63,057 bases of DNA, filler included, from Octopus bimaculoides (GCF_001194135.2; 4 parts of 3 records of this genome joined end to end with filler, not necessarily neighbours in it); one strand, 5' to 3'; numbered from the whole stretch's first letter, positions 1 through 12,271 are shown. Notes: generated by a model not told the origin, from the letters alone. Program-made: numbers and translations.

Positions 1-39
<39 letters not shown>

Positions 40-132
40 TACATAGCATAGAAGAGATAGATGTAGCCATACATCTCCTCTACAGCAAAACACTTGTTCC
101 TGCCTCCCTTTCCTACTTTAAACTTTTCTAAA

Positions 133-410
133 CCTGGCACAAAGCTACCTCTCCAAATACTGCATCTTCACTCAGTTGAGGTTTTGTCTCCCGAGTTACT
201 TGGTGGCTTTGCAAGTCACCACAAAAAAAGCACCCAGTATACTCTGTAAAGTGGTTAGCATGAGAAAGACATTCAGCTGTAGAGACCTTGCCAAAGCAGA
301 CACCAGAGACCAAAGCAGCCCTTAAGCTAGTCAAATCCTGTCAAGCATCCAGCCCATGCCAGCATGGAATGCAGACTTTAAATGATGATAAAGATGATCA
401 TGATTATGAT
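133..410 (+). mobile_element. RTE-type LINE 3' end / non-autonomous derivative with (TGA)n tail
   Basis: Family motif CATCCAGCCCATGCCAGCATGGAA..GACTTTAAATGATGAT; same family recurs on both strands across the window. Confidence 0.6.
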
Positions 411-432
411 GGTATCTAGTTCCTTGACACAT

Positions 433-640
433 ATCAGTTTCAAATTCTGGCACAAGGCCAGCAATTCTGAAGGAGGGGTTAAGTTGATTACATTGACCCT
501 AGAGCTCAACTGGAACATATCTTATTGATCCCGAAAGGACGAAAGGAAAAGCAGACCATGTCAGAATTTGAACTCAGAACATAAAGACAGACGAAATGCT
601 GATAAGCACTTCGTCTAGTGTGCTAACGATTCCACCAGCC
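433..640 (-). mobile_element. tRNA-derived SINE (octopus OK-like), degenerate
   Basis: Reverse complement matches the body of the copy at 13271-13500 (TTCTGAGTTCAAATT..CCTTTCGG), with a different tail. Confidence 0.75.
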
Positions 641-689
641 TCTCGTTATCTTATTTTCTTGACACAATATTTGAGAGATGAGGAATTAT

Positions 690-840
690 GTACATTATTT
701 ACATTTGATGGATATTTGTTGAACCCAGGTTCGAAATTCCCCCAGGACACCTGATGAAGGCTGGAGAGTACATCAGCTGAAACGTGTTAACAACAAACAA
801 GGTGAGGACAAATGTCCGTCAAATGTAAATAATGTAAGAA
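690..840 (+). mobile_element. Penelope-like element terminal repeat with short inverted copy and hammerhead relic
   Basis: Homologous to 21890-22033, which follows a Penelope ORF; contains CTGATGA..GAAAC; 690-718 is an inverted copy of 813-838. Confidence 0.7.
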
Positions 841-1035
841 ATGCAATTCATTCAGCTGCTTTTTTGCATTTATGTTCAGTCAAAATACAGAAGAACTAAA
901 ACCAGTCTCATCATACATTAAAATCATTAAATCACATCAATGATGCTTGTCTCAGAGAGTCTGTGAGGGCCAGGAGCACCCTCCCATCCTCCTAATTGAA
1001 ATCATTTCACAAATAAATAAAATCAAATTAAAAAC

Positions 1036-1217
1036 CTTTTTAGATGTTGATTTCTGCCGTAATTTTTCATCATCTCGTAATTTATCAGCTGCAACTTGAG
1101 CTAAAACATCCAAGGACATGTATGAGACCTGGCTACTTAAGGATCCGTTTGTCTTTTCTTCAAACTGTTTGTCATTTTCGTCAACAAATTTCCATTGTTT
1201 ATTGTGTTCATGAGATT
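1036..1217 (-). CDS. Internal exon of an unidentified, probably nuclear protein ((E)SHEHNKQWKF..SLDVLAQVAADKLRDDEKLRQKSTSKK)
   Basis: Acceptor tttattgcag, 182 nt open, phase 1 start matching both first exons; donor gttttt is weak; protein-like composition. Confidence 0.6.
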
Positions 1218-4200
1218 CTGCAATAAATATACAGAAAGTTATTTATGAAAAGTCTTTGTGCATCTTACCCTCTGCCTACCTGTCTGATAAAAATTTTTAA
1301 AAAATTTCACAGGTGACTGCTTAATGACAAAATTGACATGCAACTAAAGAACAAGTCTACAAAAAAGCCTCTGCTTGGTTGCTTGACCTGGTAGAAATAG
1401 TAGCCAACACACTACCATCTTAAACAAGGCAGAGCACATTTGGCCAATGCAGTCTTTGATAAACTGAGTCTGAAAATAAGAGACAGGATAATTACAGCAG
1501 GAACAGCTTTGGTCACAGTCTAGGTGATCAAGGCTGACCTGGGGCTAAACGTCAACTACAGAAAAACTTATTCATATTGATTAAAGTGCTGGGCGCATGG
1601 CCATAAGTTCATGAGTTCAATTTCTGGTCCAGGTGGTGTGTTGTGTCCTTGGGCAAGGCATTTTACTTTGTATTGGCCCAATCCACTCAGCTTGTCTGGA
1701 GGATCAGGAATGTTTTGTGTCTGCTCTTTGCTCATAACTACAGGAGTTCCTCAAAACAATTCAGGAAAGCATGGCACATGCTAAAAAGCCTTACTCCCAA
1801 AACAGGAGACAGCTGTGGTCTTTACTCACTATTTGCCCTTCTATACCTCTGATTTTATCCCTGGCACTGTACATCTGTCTGTATGTCTCTCTCTCTCTCT
1901 CTCTCTCTCTCATACAGACACACACTTCACATCACCTCTGCTGCCACCCATTACCTCCTTCACCTTCCCTTCCAATTGACACAGATCGTGTTGTATAGCC
2001 AGCTGGAGACGATGTGTCCTGGGGCTAAATTACAGCAACATTCGTCCTAAACCAGGACTGCCATGTTATGTTGGCAAACAATCTCTACTCCAAACCCTTT
2101 TTTGCATGGGCAGTCACTGGGAACAGATGTGCACAAGTATGGGTCCTGGGGTATTCTATCTGCAGACCAACGGGTAGGGTAGAGGGTATCTTAGGTTTGC
2201 ACAAGTTCCAGACAGGGGTTGAGGGGTTCCTTTTCGGAATTGTTTGCTAAGAAGGGTAAGAGACTTCCTTGAAGCCCTTTACACTTCAGCTTCTACAGCT
2301 AGATGGGTCCTTCCTACTGCCAACCACTTTACAATGTTTACTAGGTGGTCTTTTTTTCCCCCCTTTGTGCCACCAGAATTGGTGGGGTTTCCATGCAGCT
2401 TGCAATACCACATACTTTGAGAGAGGTGTCTTTATGCAAGGAGATGAGAGGCTAAATTACGAGGGGATGGGCCAGAGCGGAACAGGTTTCTTGCTATATA
2501 GTAACATACATTTTAGACAAGAGGATGGCATTAGGAAGAACTTTTGTGAATATTTTTCTGAACAAAAATTTATAAAAATTCTTTGTATTCATTACTTTTG
2601 TGTAACTCGACACTCTCCTCCGTCTAATTCCACATCAACAGATTCTTTGTACAACAGACAGACTAATGAATTCACTTCAACTATTTTATGCAAGGATGAC
2701 ATGAAATATGAGACTAGAAAAAACACACACAGCAGCAGAGTGTGTCTGTGAGTCACAGAACAAAGACTAGAGTTGCTGACAGCATGAAGCAGCTTGTTGG
2801 AGATATTGAGAATGAACAATATTTTCAAAATTGCTTTGCATATATATATTCTTTTCTTTTTTTACATATTTTTACTGTTTTTTTTTTTTTATTCTTAGAT
2901 GGGAGGAAACTTAATTGCAGGAGCTAGTTTAACAAAACCACCATCTGGGCCTTGGGTGTCTTTAACGACATTTGGGCAGAGTCACCAGTTTAGGGATAAT
3001 TTCCTCCCAGAAATCTCAGGCCACAAGCACCTCCCTTCCTCCAGTTGATTAAGCCTTTAAACATAAATTCTTGTTCAATTGACATTGGAGAAGGGGTGAT
3101 GTAATATTATCTTTAACCTGCCTTTAGCAACCACACTCATATTTGAACCCATTAGCATATGCCATGCATTTCTAAACATACAGGGCCTAAATTGTATCTA
3201 ACAACTAGAAATGACATGCCACCATACAGAACAATCAGCATCATTTAACATCCATTTTACCATGTCTGCATGGGTTAGGTGGAATTTGCTGATGTAGACT
3301 TTTTACAGCTGGATGCCCTTCCTGTTGCCAACACTTGCTTGTTTCCAAGCAAGGTAATATTTCACCATGGAAGACAAGAAAGGCACAACATCCCTCATTG
3401 ATGGTGATTCTCATTTCCAATTATCACAAGATGTCAAAGTAAGGATATGCACAAAAACACACACACATGACGGGCTTCTTTCAGTTTCCATGTACCAAAT
3501 CCTCTCATAAAGCTTTGGCTAGAGTAGATTACACTTGCCTAAGGTGACATGCAGTGAGACTGATCCAAGACCACACCTGCATCTAGGAATGCAAAAAAAA
3601 AAGTCTGCAATAAAAATACTAAAATTTAATATTGTTGATTGAATATTAAAAAAAGATGTGGCTGTATTTTGGAAGTGTCATAATTAATAAAGCCTATAAA
3701 CACACTCATTGGTTGTTGTTTGTCTATATTTCACTTCTCTGTTTTTCTAAATCATTTGCTATGTCTATGTCCTCCAAAATATTTTCCCCTCCACCAATTT
3801 GTACCTTTCTCAATGGGTGTATATTTTGTACTTTTAAATGCTTGAATTTGGAATTTTTTACTCTCGCTTTTTACTTGTTTCATTCATTTGACCATGCTGG
3901 AGTACCACCTTTAGTCAAGCATGTCGGCATGGGTTGGATGGTTTGACAGGAGCTGGCAACCCAGAGAACTCTGCCAAACCCTGCTATCTGCTTTGGCATT
4001 GTTTCTATGGCTGGGTACCCTTCCTAACATCAACCACTTTACAGAGTGTACTGTGTGTGTTTTTTTCTTGAACAAGTACATTTCTTGCAATTGTTACTTC
4101 AACCAATATGGCCACATGCTCAAGAATTTTGCTTCATAACCATATGGTTCTCTCCTTGAGCAAGTATCTTTTACTATAGCAATGAGTCAACACAAAACCT

Positions 4201-4399
4201 TGTGAGTGAAAATTGCTAAATAGCAACTATAGAGAAAATTCTTGAATGGACTGAAGTTAATCTGCCAACCATTTTAACGCCACCACCTGGCTCTCGAGCA
4301 CCTTTAACCAGGTCTCTTCAGTTGCAAACATTTCCATTATGTTTCCAGTTGAAGACTATCAAGATCTTCCTTTTCTCTACCAATCTTAGATGGCTGCCT

Positions 4400-4625
4400 C
4401 ACAAACTTTCCAAGCTACAAAGGCCTTTCATTATATTTGCTGTGGGGCCTGTACGAACCAATACCCAAACTGAGCATTACACCTAAGAAATTTACTACGG
4501 TAAGGTTGGTCTCTATGGTTACCTTTAGTCAAAGGGAGTCAGATCTTTCTTCAGGCTATGCCTGTTCAAGCCACTTGAGATGGCTAAAGAGTTATCTCAA
4601 TATAGGACAAAAAAGGTCAGCAGGA
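4400..4625 (-). mobile_element. Decayed Penelope-like RT fragment
   Basis: Translates as LYRDNSLAI..VTIETNLTVVNFLGVMLSL..SYRPHSKYNERPL, like the PLE RT YRDD region and thumb. Confidence 0.6.
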
Positions 4626-4689
4626 ATTTCTTAAGTGTCAAGTATCACCATCGTTTGGTTGAGCTTACTCAGACATTTTGAACCTGCAC

Positions 4690-4900
4690 GCGCCATTCCT
4701 CTCAATCTTGCATGAGTAGACGGAGGTCTTCAGGGAGGCATCCAGCATCTCTAGCGAGTTGAACTACATACATTATGTCCGCACAACCTGCTCAAGTATG
4801 GCCATGCTTTGCATCCATAGCAGTAGGTCACTTGCCAGCTCTTGTTCGGTCCACCAGCAATGTCAAGTATAAATAAGCCTAATAGATTGCACATAAGACA
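4690..4900 (-). mobile_element. RTE-clade LINE ORF C-terminus, decayed
   Basis: CWWTEQELASDLLLW..QLARDAGCLPEDLRLLMQD*EEWRVQV, typical RTE C-terminal motif. Confidence 0.7.
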
Positions 4901-4984
4901 TCTCCCATCTTCACATCAAAGGAGTTTTCGAGGTCTGTTCATCATCTGATCTAGGCCAAAACTTTGTTGAACTGCAAGGTTTTT

Positions 4985-5250
4985 CTGGCATGCATTCATC
5001 ATCATCATCATCGTTTATGGTTTGGACCATTTGGGGACTGACAAGCCAGGAGGCTGCACCAAGCTCTGATCTGGCAAGGTTTCTACAGCTGGATGCTTTT
5101 CCTAATGCCAACCACTCCAAAAATGTAGTGGGTGTTTTTACGTGCCACCGGCACAGGAGTCAGTCAGGCAGTCCTGGCCTCCATCACATTCAGATGGTGC
5201 TTTTTACATGCCACTGGCACGGAAGCCAGTCAGGGGGTACTGGCATCAGC
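4985..5250 (-). mobile_element. RTE-tail element (CATCATCATCGTTT.. family)
   Basis: GTTTCTACAGCTGGATGC..CCTAATGCCAACCACTCC; homologous to 24203-24550 and 59923-60330. Confidence 0.75.
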
Positions 5251-7597
5251 CTTTATTAGCTCTATATTCCTATCACTAACATCACTGAACTCTCTTTCTA
5301 ACAACCCCTTCATTGTGGAGAGATAGAAATCCACTGTATTGAACTGCGAAAGCCTTGCTCTGCTTCTATCCTGGCCTGTCTTCATCATCATCATCATCAT
5401 CGTTTAACGTCCACTTTCTATGCTAGCATGGGTTGGACGATTTGACTGAGGACTGGTGTAGCAATCTGAAACCATGAAATTACTCCACAAGTGTTACACT
5501 ATAAGGAAAGATGTGATTCCTTCCTTCTATCATTGCTCATCTTCCTCAATATGTGTTTACTCACCAGGTGAATCTCCAGTTTAGCTGGGTTAATCAAGCA
5601 GCACTCAGGTTTGGAGATGAAGCTCAGTTTGGGATTCTTAATGGTAATAAAGACATTTATGTCAGCTCAGGTTTTTACTGTATCTCAACAGAATACATTG
5701 GGGTAATAGAGGTTCCCTTTAAGGCCAGTGAAAATAATCACAAGACCTCATTTAGAAGAGAGGTATGACTTTACAACATTAACCAGCAATATATGGTGCT
5801 CAAAAGAGAAAGGAACACTGTACGAAATCAACTGGAAACTGCTGGAACATCCTAGGTCATATCTCATCATCATCATTGTCGTCGTTTAACAGAAAGCAGA
5901 CGTTAAACGACGACGATGATGATGATGATGAGATATGACCTGATCTGAATGGATACATTGCTTGGCTGAGAGGAAAATAATTCTAAAAAGTTTACACAAT
6001 CTGGGTGCTGTCTTGATCTCAAAAAGTGAAATATTCAGTGGCTGCCCTCATAACAGAAAATTTATTTTGGCAATGTGGTTGGCCTTTTACTTTGGACTAG
6101 AGACTACTACACAGACACAACTGACCCACTTCACCCACAGCTGGCACAGTACCAAGAGAGACAACTCTTCTGTCCTTCCCAGAAAAGTTTTCACATTTTT
6201 CATTTCATTCTGCTTTTTATCAACATTGAGCATACCAGGACAGTATATTCACCTCCAGCATAAAAGAAGCTATGCACTTTTAGCCAGCATGCCTGAAAAG
6301 TTGTCAATATTGCTAAGTGCAATAGTAGGCACGAAAACTATAACTTTCTGACCAGTTGTATGTCCTGATCAGGAATATACTAATCAACAATATTATAGTA
6401 GAAGTACTCAATTTTTCTGACTTACAGATATCTGACCAATAATGTGTGTGTGATGAATTGACAAGTAACAGACAAAATGCCTTTTGGTAATCATTTATGT
6501 TTTAGTTAAGGGGATCCGAAAGGGGTCTCAAGGAGTAGCATCCCTACCTTCCTGAGCTAGTTTTTCACCACATTTCTTAAAAATCGTGGTAGAGGCCTTG
6601 GTCTCTGGACCACTCATGTCTAGAAACTGAGGCTGGGGGTAAGCAAGGGCATGCTCCCCGTAGAAAATCCAGCTCCAAAAAAGCCTCATGATAGCAAAGG
6701 AGAATGGGCACCAGCCAGTCCAAAGGTAGAGGTGGGCTGTACTTGCCTACCTCGGTTGCTATGGCATTGAGGTAGATCCTGCCACCCCTGTTAACGGGCA
6801 CAAAACCTAGATTTAAAACACATGATGATGATGATGATGATGTGCTTCGAGTTTTAATCTCAGAGGTCAACTTCCCCTTTCATTCTTGGGATCAATTTTA
6901 TTGACTTTGTTCACCTCAAAATGTTGACCCCAGAGTCAATGTCATCATGTGTGAAAATAAATTTGTTGAATTACACGTTATATTAGGTAAAAAGACACTT
7001 TTGTTTGTTTTCTTTTTTTAACTTTAGCCGGAAGCTTTCTTCTGCTAGAATTTGACACAAATAAAGTTTCATTTTCGCCGTCGCCGACGCTATTGTACAA
7101 GAATGCAGAAGTTTTACACTGAAAATTAAACAACGATCAAATAAAAAAAAATCCCCCAAAAAGTATTATCTGAAAGAAACGAATATGAAGGATGTAGCTG
7201 TTTAGTGAAAATACATTGAGTTATTTATTATTTAAGGAACTTTCTATGATGTAAAACACAAACAAGAAAGGTTGAACGTGAGCATATGTGTACAATAGCG
7301 TCTTTAAATGTGAAACCGTTTCAGCCAAGTTTTAGCAGAACAAAGCTTCCGGTCAAAGTAAACCGTTTGCGTTATATTGTATAAAATAAAAAGCAAAAAG
7401 AAATATTATATATAATGGTGGGTTGGTATTATTCATCTGGTCCTTACTTGGGGGTCAATCGCAACTGTCTGAAAACGTCTGTTAATATTTATTGTAGTTT
7501 TTTCACTTCAGTTGAAAGCCTTATTCTAAGACAGTTTGATAGAAGATTATACTTTGACAACGCTATTGTATAAGTATGTCCTCAACTTTCTCACTCG

Positions 7598-7647
<50 letters not shown>

Positions 7648-8159
7648 TGTTTTTATCTGATGTTATAGATAAAAACAAGTTAATAATAAGCTAAAAGATC
7701 ACTCAGTACTTTCAGTGGAGTACATATTTATTTTGATAAGGAAAAGGTTGATAGTGACTTCGAAGTTTCGATTTTTAAGCTGTCATCAGACTAGACCGAA
7801 ATTTCGAAACGAGTGTCCCTGCTCTTCTTGTAAAAGTATAATAAATATTATCACCCCAGAATAAATATTTACTCAATAAAAAGTATTGCGAAATTCCTCG
7901 GCTTAATGTAAAATTGTTTTTATCAATAATAAATACGACATAAAAACAAACAACGCATACACGCATCATACACAATATTTATATATATAGTAAACAACTA
8001 TAACATCGTCATTTTAAACTATGCCTAAGTGGATAAATTTAATGTTTGAAATGATTTTAAAACTCTTAAATGACGAGAAAAACTGACTACACGTGGCTGT
8101 TGTTTGTACAACACAAATATAGTTTAACAGCGAAAAGTTAGACAAACAGCTTCTTTACT

Positions 8160-8345
8160 GTTGTAATATCGCCATTTTATTAGTTTATTCCATATAAACT
8201 GTAAATATATGATAATAAACAGATTCATACAATGGAGTGGAGCTGACAAAAGCGATGGCTTGAAGAAAATAACGATGGGAAAGTCTGCTTAAGTAGGAAA
8301 CAACGACGACAAGCAAACAACATGTTGACGACGCCATCTTAGATC
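8160..8345. promoter_or_regulatory. CpG-enriched promoter-like region with YY1-type motifs
   Basis: CGCCATTTT near 8170 and CGCCATCTT near 8333; local CpG enrichment next to the first exons. Confidence 0.4.
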
Positions 8346-8661
8346 GTCTGTCATGCCGGAGAGAAGAGATTGCCGCCTTTACTGGCTGCGAAACTTTTAT
8401 GGCTTGATGTAAATACAAGTAATTTGAAGAAATTACGAAACATTCGCGTTTTTAAACAGTTCTCTATTCAAAGGAATTACTGAAAAATGTGTGAAGTAGT
8501 TAAAACAATAAAGATTTAGAAGTTGTTTTGCATGGTCGCTAGCAGCCGACATCGCCACTGTCCCAAGTCACCGAGACAACAACAGCCACACGACAAACAT
8601 TTACAACTTAACTTCATTTGACAATAAAACAGAAAGAAAAATACAACTTTTATCCATTTAC

Positions 8662-8725
8662 CTTTGAATCTGGCGACTATTTTGGACTTTTTCGACATGT
8701 TTTCCCTACGTTTAACTGTCGCCAT
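8662..8725 (-). CDS. First coding exon 1a: MATVKRRENMSKKSKIVARFK + G
   Basis: gacATGGCG start context, 64 nt, donor AAAG|gtaaat; ETS motif CCGGAAG about 75 nt upstream. Confidence 0.7.
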
Positions 8726-9067
8726 GTCAGCATATGTATACAATAGCGTTGGCAAAAGTGAAAGCTTTTGTGTTAAGCTTTTAGCAGAACGAAGCTTCCG
8801 GTTCAAGTAAAAAGTGAAAGCGTTGCTTTTATTAATTTATTTTCAGAGATATTTAGTGAAATTCTAGCAATGAATTTGTTAAATTATAACATTATACAAC
8901 ATAAAAAGAGAATCTTAATATCCAACTCTTTTCTTAATGTAGAAAATAACAAAAACAAATTGAAAATTTTATCACCTTTTTTTATGGCGGAACCGTTTAA
9001 AACAATTACAACACAAATCACATTAATTTCAAATAAAACAGAAATAGAAAAACTTTTATAGCTTTAC

Positions 9068-9131
9068 CTTTAACTCTTGCGACAATTTTAGACTTTTTCG
9101 ACATTTTTCCCCTACGTTTTGATGTCGCCAT
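9068..9131 (-). CDS. First coding exon 1b (paralogous to 1a): MATSKRRGKMSKKSKIVARVK + G
   Basis: aacATGGCG start context, 64 nt, donor AAAG|gtaaag; 17/21 residues identical to exon 1a. Confidence 0.7.
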
Positions 9132-9179
9132 GTTCGCTTCTTCTTTCTGTCGTTTTTCACTTCTGTAACTCTTTTATAG

Positions 9180-9330
9180 TCACTGTTTATCTTGCTGGCG
9201 AGCCATCTTTCTCTCTTAGTGTAACTGTTTATCTTGCTGGCGAGCCGTCTCTCTCATTGTAACTGATTATCTTGCTAGCGAGCCATCTCTCTCACTCTCT
9301 CTCTTATTGTAACTGTTTATCTTGCTGGCG
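9180..9330. repeat. Four-copy tandem unit ACTGTTTATCTTGCTGGCGAGCCATCT with TC-rich spacers
   Basis: Read directly at about 9182, 9223, 9262 and 9312. Confidence 0.9.
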
Positions 9331-10409
9331 AGCCATCTCTCCCCCTCTCTCTCTCTTATTGTCTCTGTCTAGCCATCTTTCCCTCTCTTATCAATCCTGC
9401 CTTCTCTTTCTACATTGTCACTATTTATTTCTTCAGTCAATTCAATTCTTTGTATTGTATTTCTCTTTATATTATTTATGTTTCTCCCTATGTCTACTTA
9501 TAACTTACTAATGACCCCCTACTTTCTCTCCATATATTTCAGTTTCTCGCCATTTCAATCTGTCTGTGTCGTTCGATGCTTGTTTGGGGAAGTTAATGAT
9601 AGCAAATACGTTTTTCTTTCTTTCTTCCTTCCCCATATTTTTATCTCCTCTCTCTTTCTTTCTATTCGTCTCATACTCTTTTCCTCTCTACGCACACGCA
9701 TAAACATACGCAGACGAACACACACACAGATACACACTAATAAACATGCACAGGCGTGCATACGCACATACACATACGCAAACAATATACAAGCGTGCAC
9801 ATTAATACACACATACACACGCACGTACACTTGTGTGCACGCAAAGCACATACACTCGCTTGCATATATACAAATATGCACATATACAAAGAAACACATG
9901 CATATACACTGCACGAAAGCACGTGCACAATCATTTGCATATACGCAGTACACTCATACATACACACACGCGCGCGATTTTGAACGAACTTTTGCATCCA
10001 CTTCAGTAGAAATTTCTAAATTTATTAAACTAATTAATCATACCCATTATATTTTATTTTAATTTTACGTGTTTCCAACCCAGACAGAAAACCACCTTTT
10101 ATTTTCTCTTTTCTTCCTAGACAAAGTTACTTCTCGCGACGAATTAAATAAACTTCACCAATTCCTATTGATTAATTCTTACTAACAGAAACTATCACAA
10201 GTTTCTTGAGATGCTGGAGTTTCTTATAAACTCTACTGCTTGTTCCTTTACTATCAATTTCTTGACACTCCGACACTCCTTTAACTATTCAACCAAAAAT
10301 GCCTTGCTGTCAGTTTTCAGTCGTTTGTGCTCAAGCAAACCTGGTTAAAGGCTTAAACCATGATAGTTTTATTTATTTATTTATTTTATCCCCAAAACTG
10401 CAACTATCC

Positions 10410-10602
10410 AATGTGTTCCAAATTTTGGTAGAAGGTCAGCAATTTCTAGGAAGAGGGTAAGTCGATTACTCCAGTACTCCAGTACTCAACTGGTTATCGA
10501 CTCCCAAAGGCAAAGTCGACCTCGGCAGTATTTGAACTCAGAACGTAACAACGGACGAAATACTGCTAAGCATTTTGTCCGACGTGTTAACAGTTCTGCC
10601 TG
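10410..10602 (-). mobile_element. tRNA-derived SINE (OK-like)
   Basis: GGCAAAGTCGACCTCGGC..TTTGAACTCAGAACGTAA on + strand. Confidence 0.75.
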
Positions 10603-11169
10603 TATGATTTGAGAGAATTTGGCTACGATTTTCTCATATATGTCCATCAGAAAACAAGAAATAGATAGGGGACGGATAAAAAGATCCTCCCGAGGACGTA
10701 TTGAAAGGTGGGCATCAACGCGATCGCTCTAGCCGCTAGAAAAAGCAATCAAACCTTTCTCAAATTACAAAAATAAAAGAAGGAAACATTGAATAATGTA
10801 GTCCAAGACATTCCATTTATCTTCTATCTATATCATGCTAAAACTCAAAGTTTGTTTTCCTGCCATTTGAATAAGATTACAAATAAAATAGTCATTTTCC
10901 CTCTTTAAGAAAAAGAAAAATCAAGCTGAAAATGTCGACACTTCGAAGGGTCGTGTCAGCTACCGCCGTCCGTCCTTTTATCTTTCCTCAATCATTTGGA
11001 ATGCCGTGGACTTGAAAAATAGAAATTCTCCCTATATTTTTATGATATTTTTAAATCACGGGTACTTGATATTTTTTTTTCTTAAAGGGGAAAATTACTA
11101 TTTTATTTAAAATGAAATATTGATCTTTATAATTTTAATCAAAAAGCAGAAATACAGACAGAGAGACTC

Positions 11170-11820
11170 TCTTTATAGACGACGATCAGTTGCAATGGAA
11201 GGAGTTGAATCTCATAAGAATGGAAAAACAAACAACAAATGGGTTGTACCTTATAATGAAACTCTTTTAAGAACATTCAAATGCCACTGCAACGTTGAAA
11301 TCGTTGCCTCAGTGAGGTCAGTTAAGTACGCCATCAAGTACACGCTGAAAGGAAATGACCAAGCTGCTGTTCAAATAAATAATGATAACGAAATTAGTCA
11401 ATATCTAATGGGTAGGTATATTAGACCATCCGAAGCAGTTACATCCATTTTAGGATTTTCAATTCATCAAAGAGCACCTGCAATAGTGAGTCTGCAAGTT
11501 CGTCTACCAGACGAACAAAGATTATTGCTCAGAAATTATGGGGAAATGTATGGCTGTCAATGAACAACGGATGAGAACAACATTGACAGAATTCTTTACA
11601 TTGTGCATTAACGATGACTTTGCAAAGACATTACTTTATGCTGAAGTACCCAAGTATTTCACTTGGAACAAGGAATGGCAAAGGAGAAAGCGGGGGGAAA
11701 AGTTGAAGGCTATTTGAACGTTTTCAACGAAGAAACACTTGGTCGTGTTTCTGTTGTCACACCAAAGAATTTTATTGCATGAAGTTCCAAATAGTGTTTT
11801 TTTTTTCCTTTCTTGATGCA
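11170..11820 (+). mobile_element. Helitron Rep/helicase fragment, frameshifted
   Basis: NKWVVPYN..CHCNVEIVASVRSVKYAIKYTLKGND..SEAV..ILGFSIH..LQVRLP..TTLTEFF..LYAEVPKYFTWN..LGRV: hallmark Helitron RepHel motifs. Confidence 0.92.
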
Positions 11821-12167
11821 CATCGACATTTTCAACTTGGAGTGGTTGTGATCCAACGGGTCACGGTAGGTACATCTAGTATCGTCATAAAATACGAGGT
11901 TTAGTGACGGATCATAGGTTTATCTACTTGTTCAGGGCTGACCTAAGGCTAAACGTCACGATCTTCCTTAAGAGAAGAGACCCGCCAGAGTGAATTCAAT
12001 TTCTTTTAATTTCAGCTGTGTAGAATGAACAGGATCCAGGATGGAAAGTAACAAGATTAATCAAAACAGCTCATTCTTAAAGGTGAGAAGCATTTACCAA
12101 CTTCATGGCATACAAAACAACCATCGATAAAACAGCAATGATTTCATGTATCATACAGACTAAGCTT

Positions 12168-12200
<33 letters not shown>

Positions 12201-12217
12201 TTCTCTCCCCCTCTCTA

Positions 12218-12271
<54 letters not shown>

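Noticed and set aside
2269-2830. Overlapping protein-like ORFs on both strands
   Set aside because: No family motifs, no consistent splice phases, and adjacent to decayed LINE sequence.
5568-5762. + strand exon-like ORF VNLQFSWVNQ..SFRRE, and an overlapping minus-strand gtgagt donor
   Set aside because: No recognisable homology; it lies in an intron of the minus-strand gene, and phases do not fit a consistent model.
6500-6845. Possible HDV-like ribozyme in an RTE-associated short element
   Set aside because: I could not trace the nested double pseudoknot by eye; it needs an RNArobo/Infernal search.
8185-8337. ORF MASSTCCLLVVVVSYL.. resembling a signal peptide
   Set aside because: The ATG is part of a YY1-type motif; there is no good donor and the ORF ends in AT-rich sequence.
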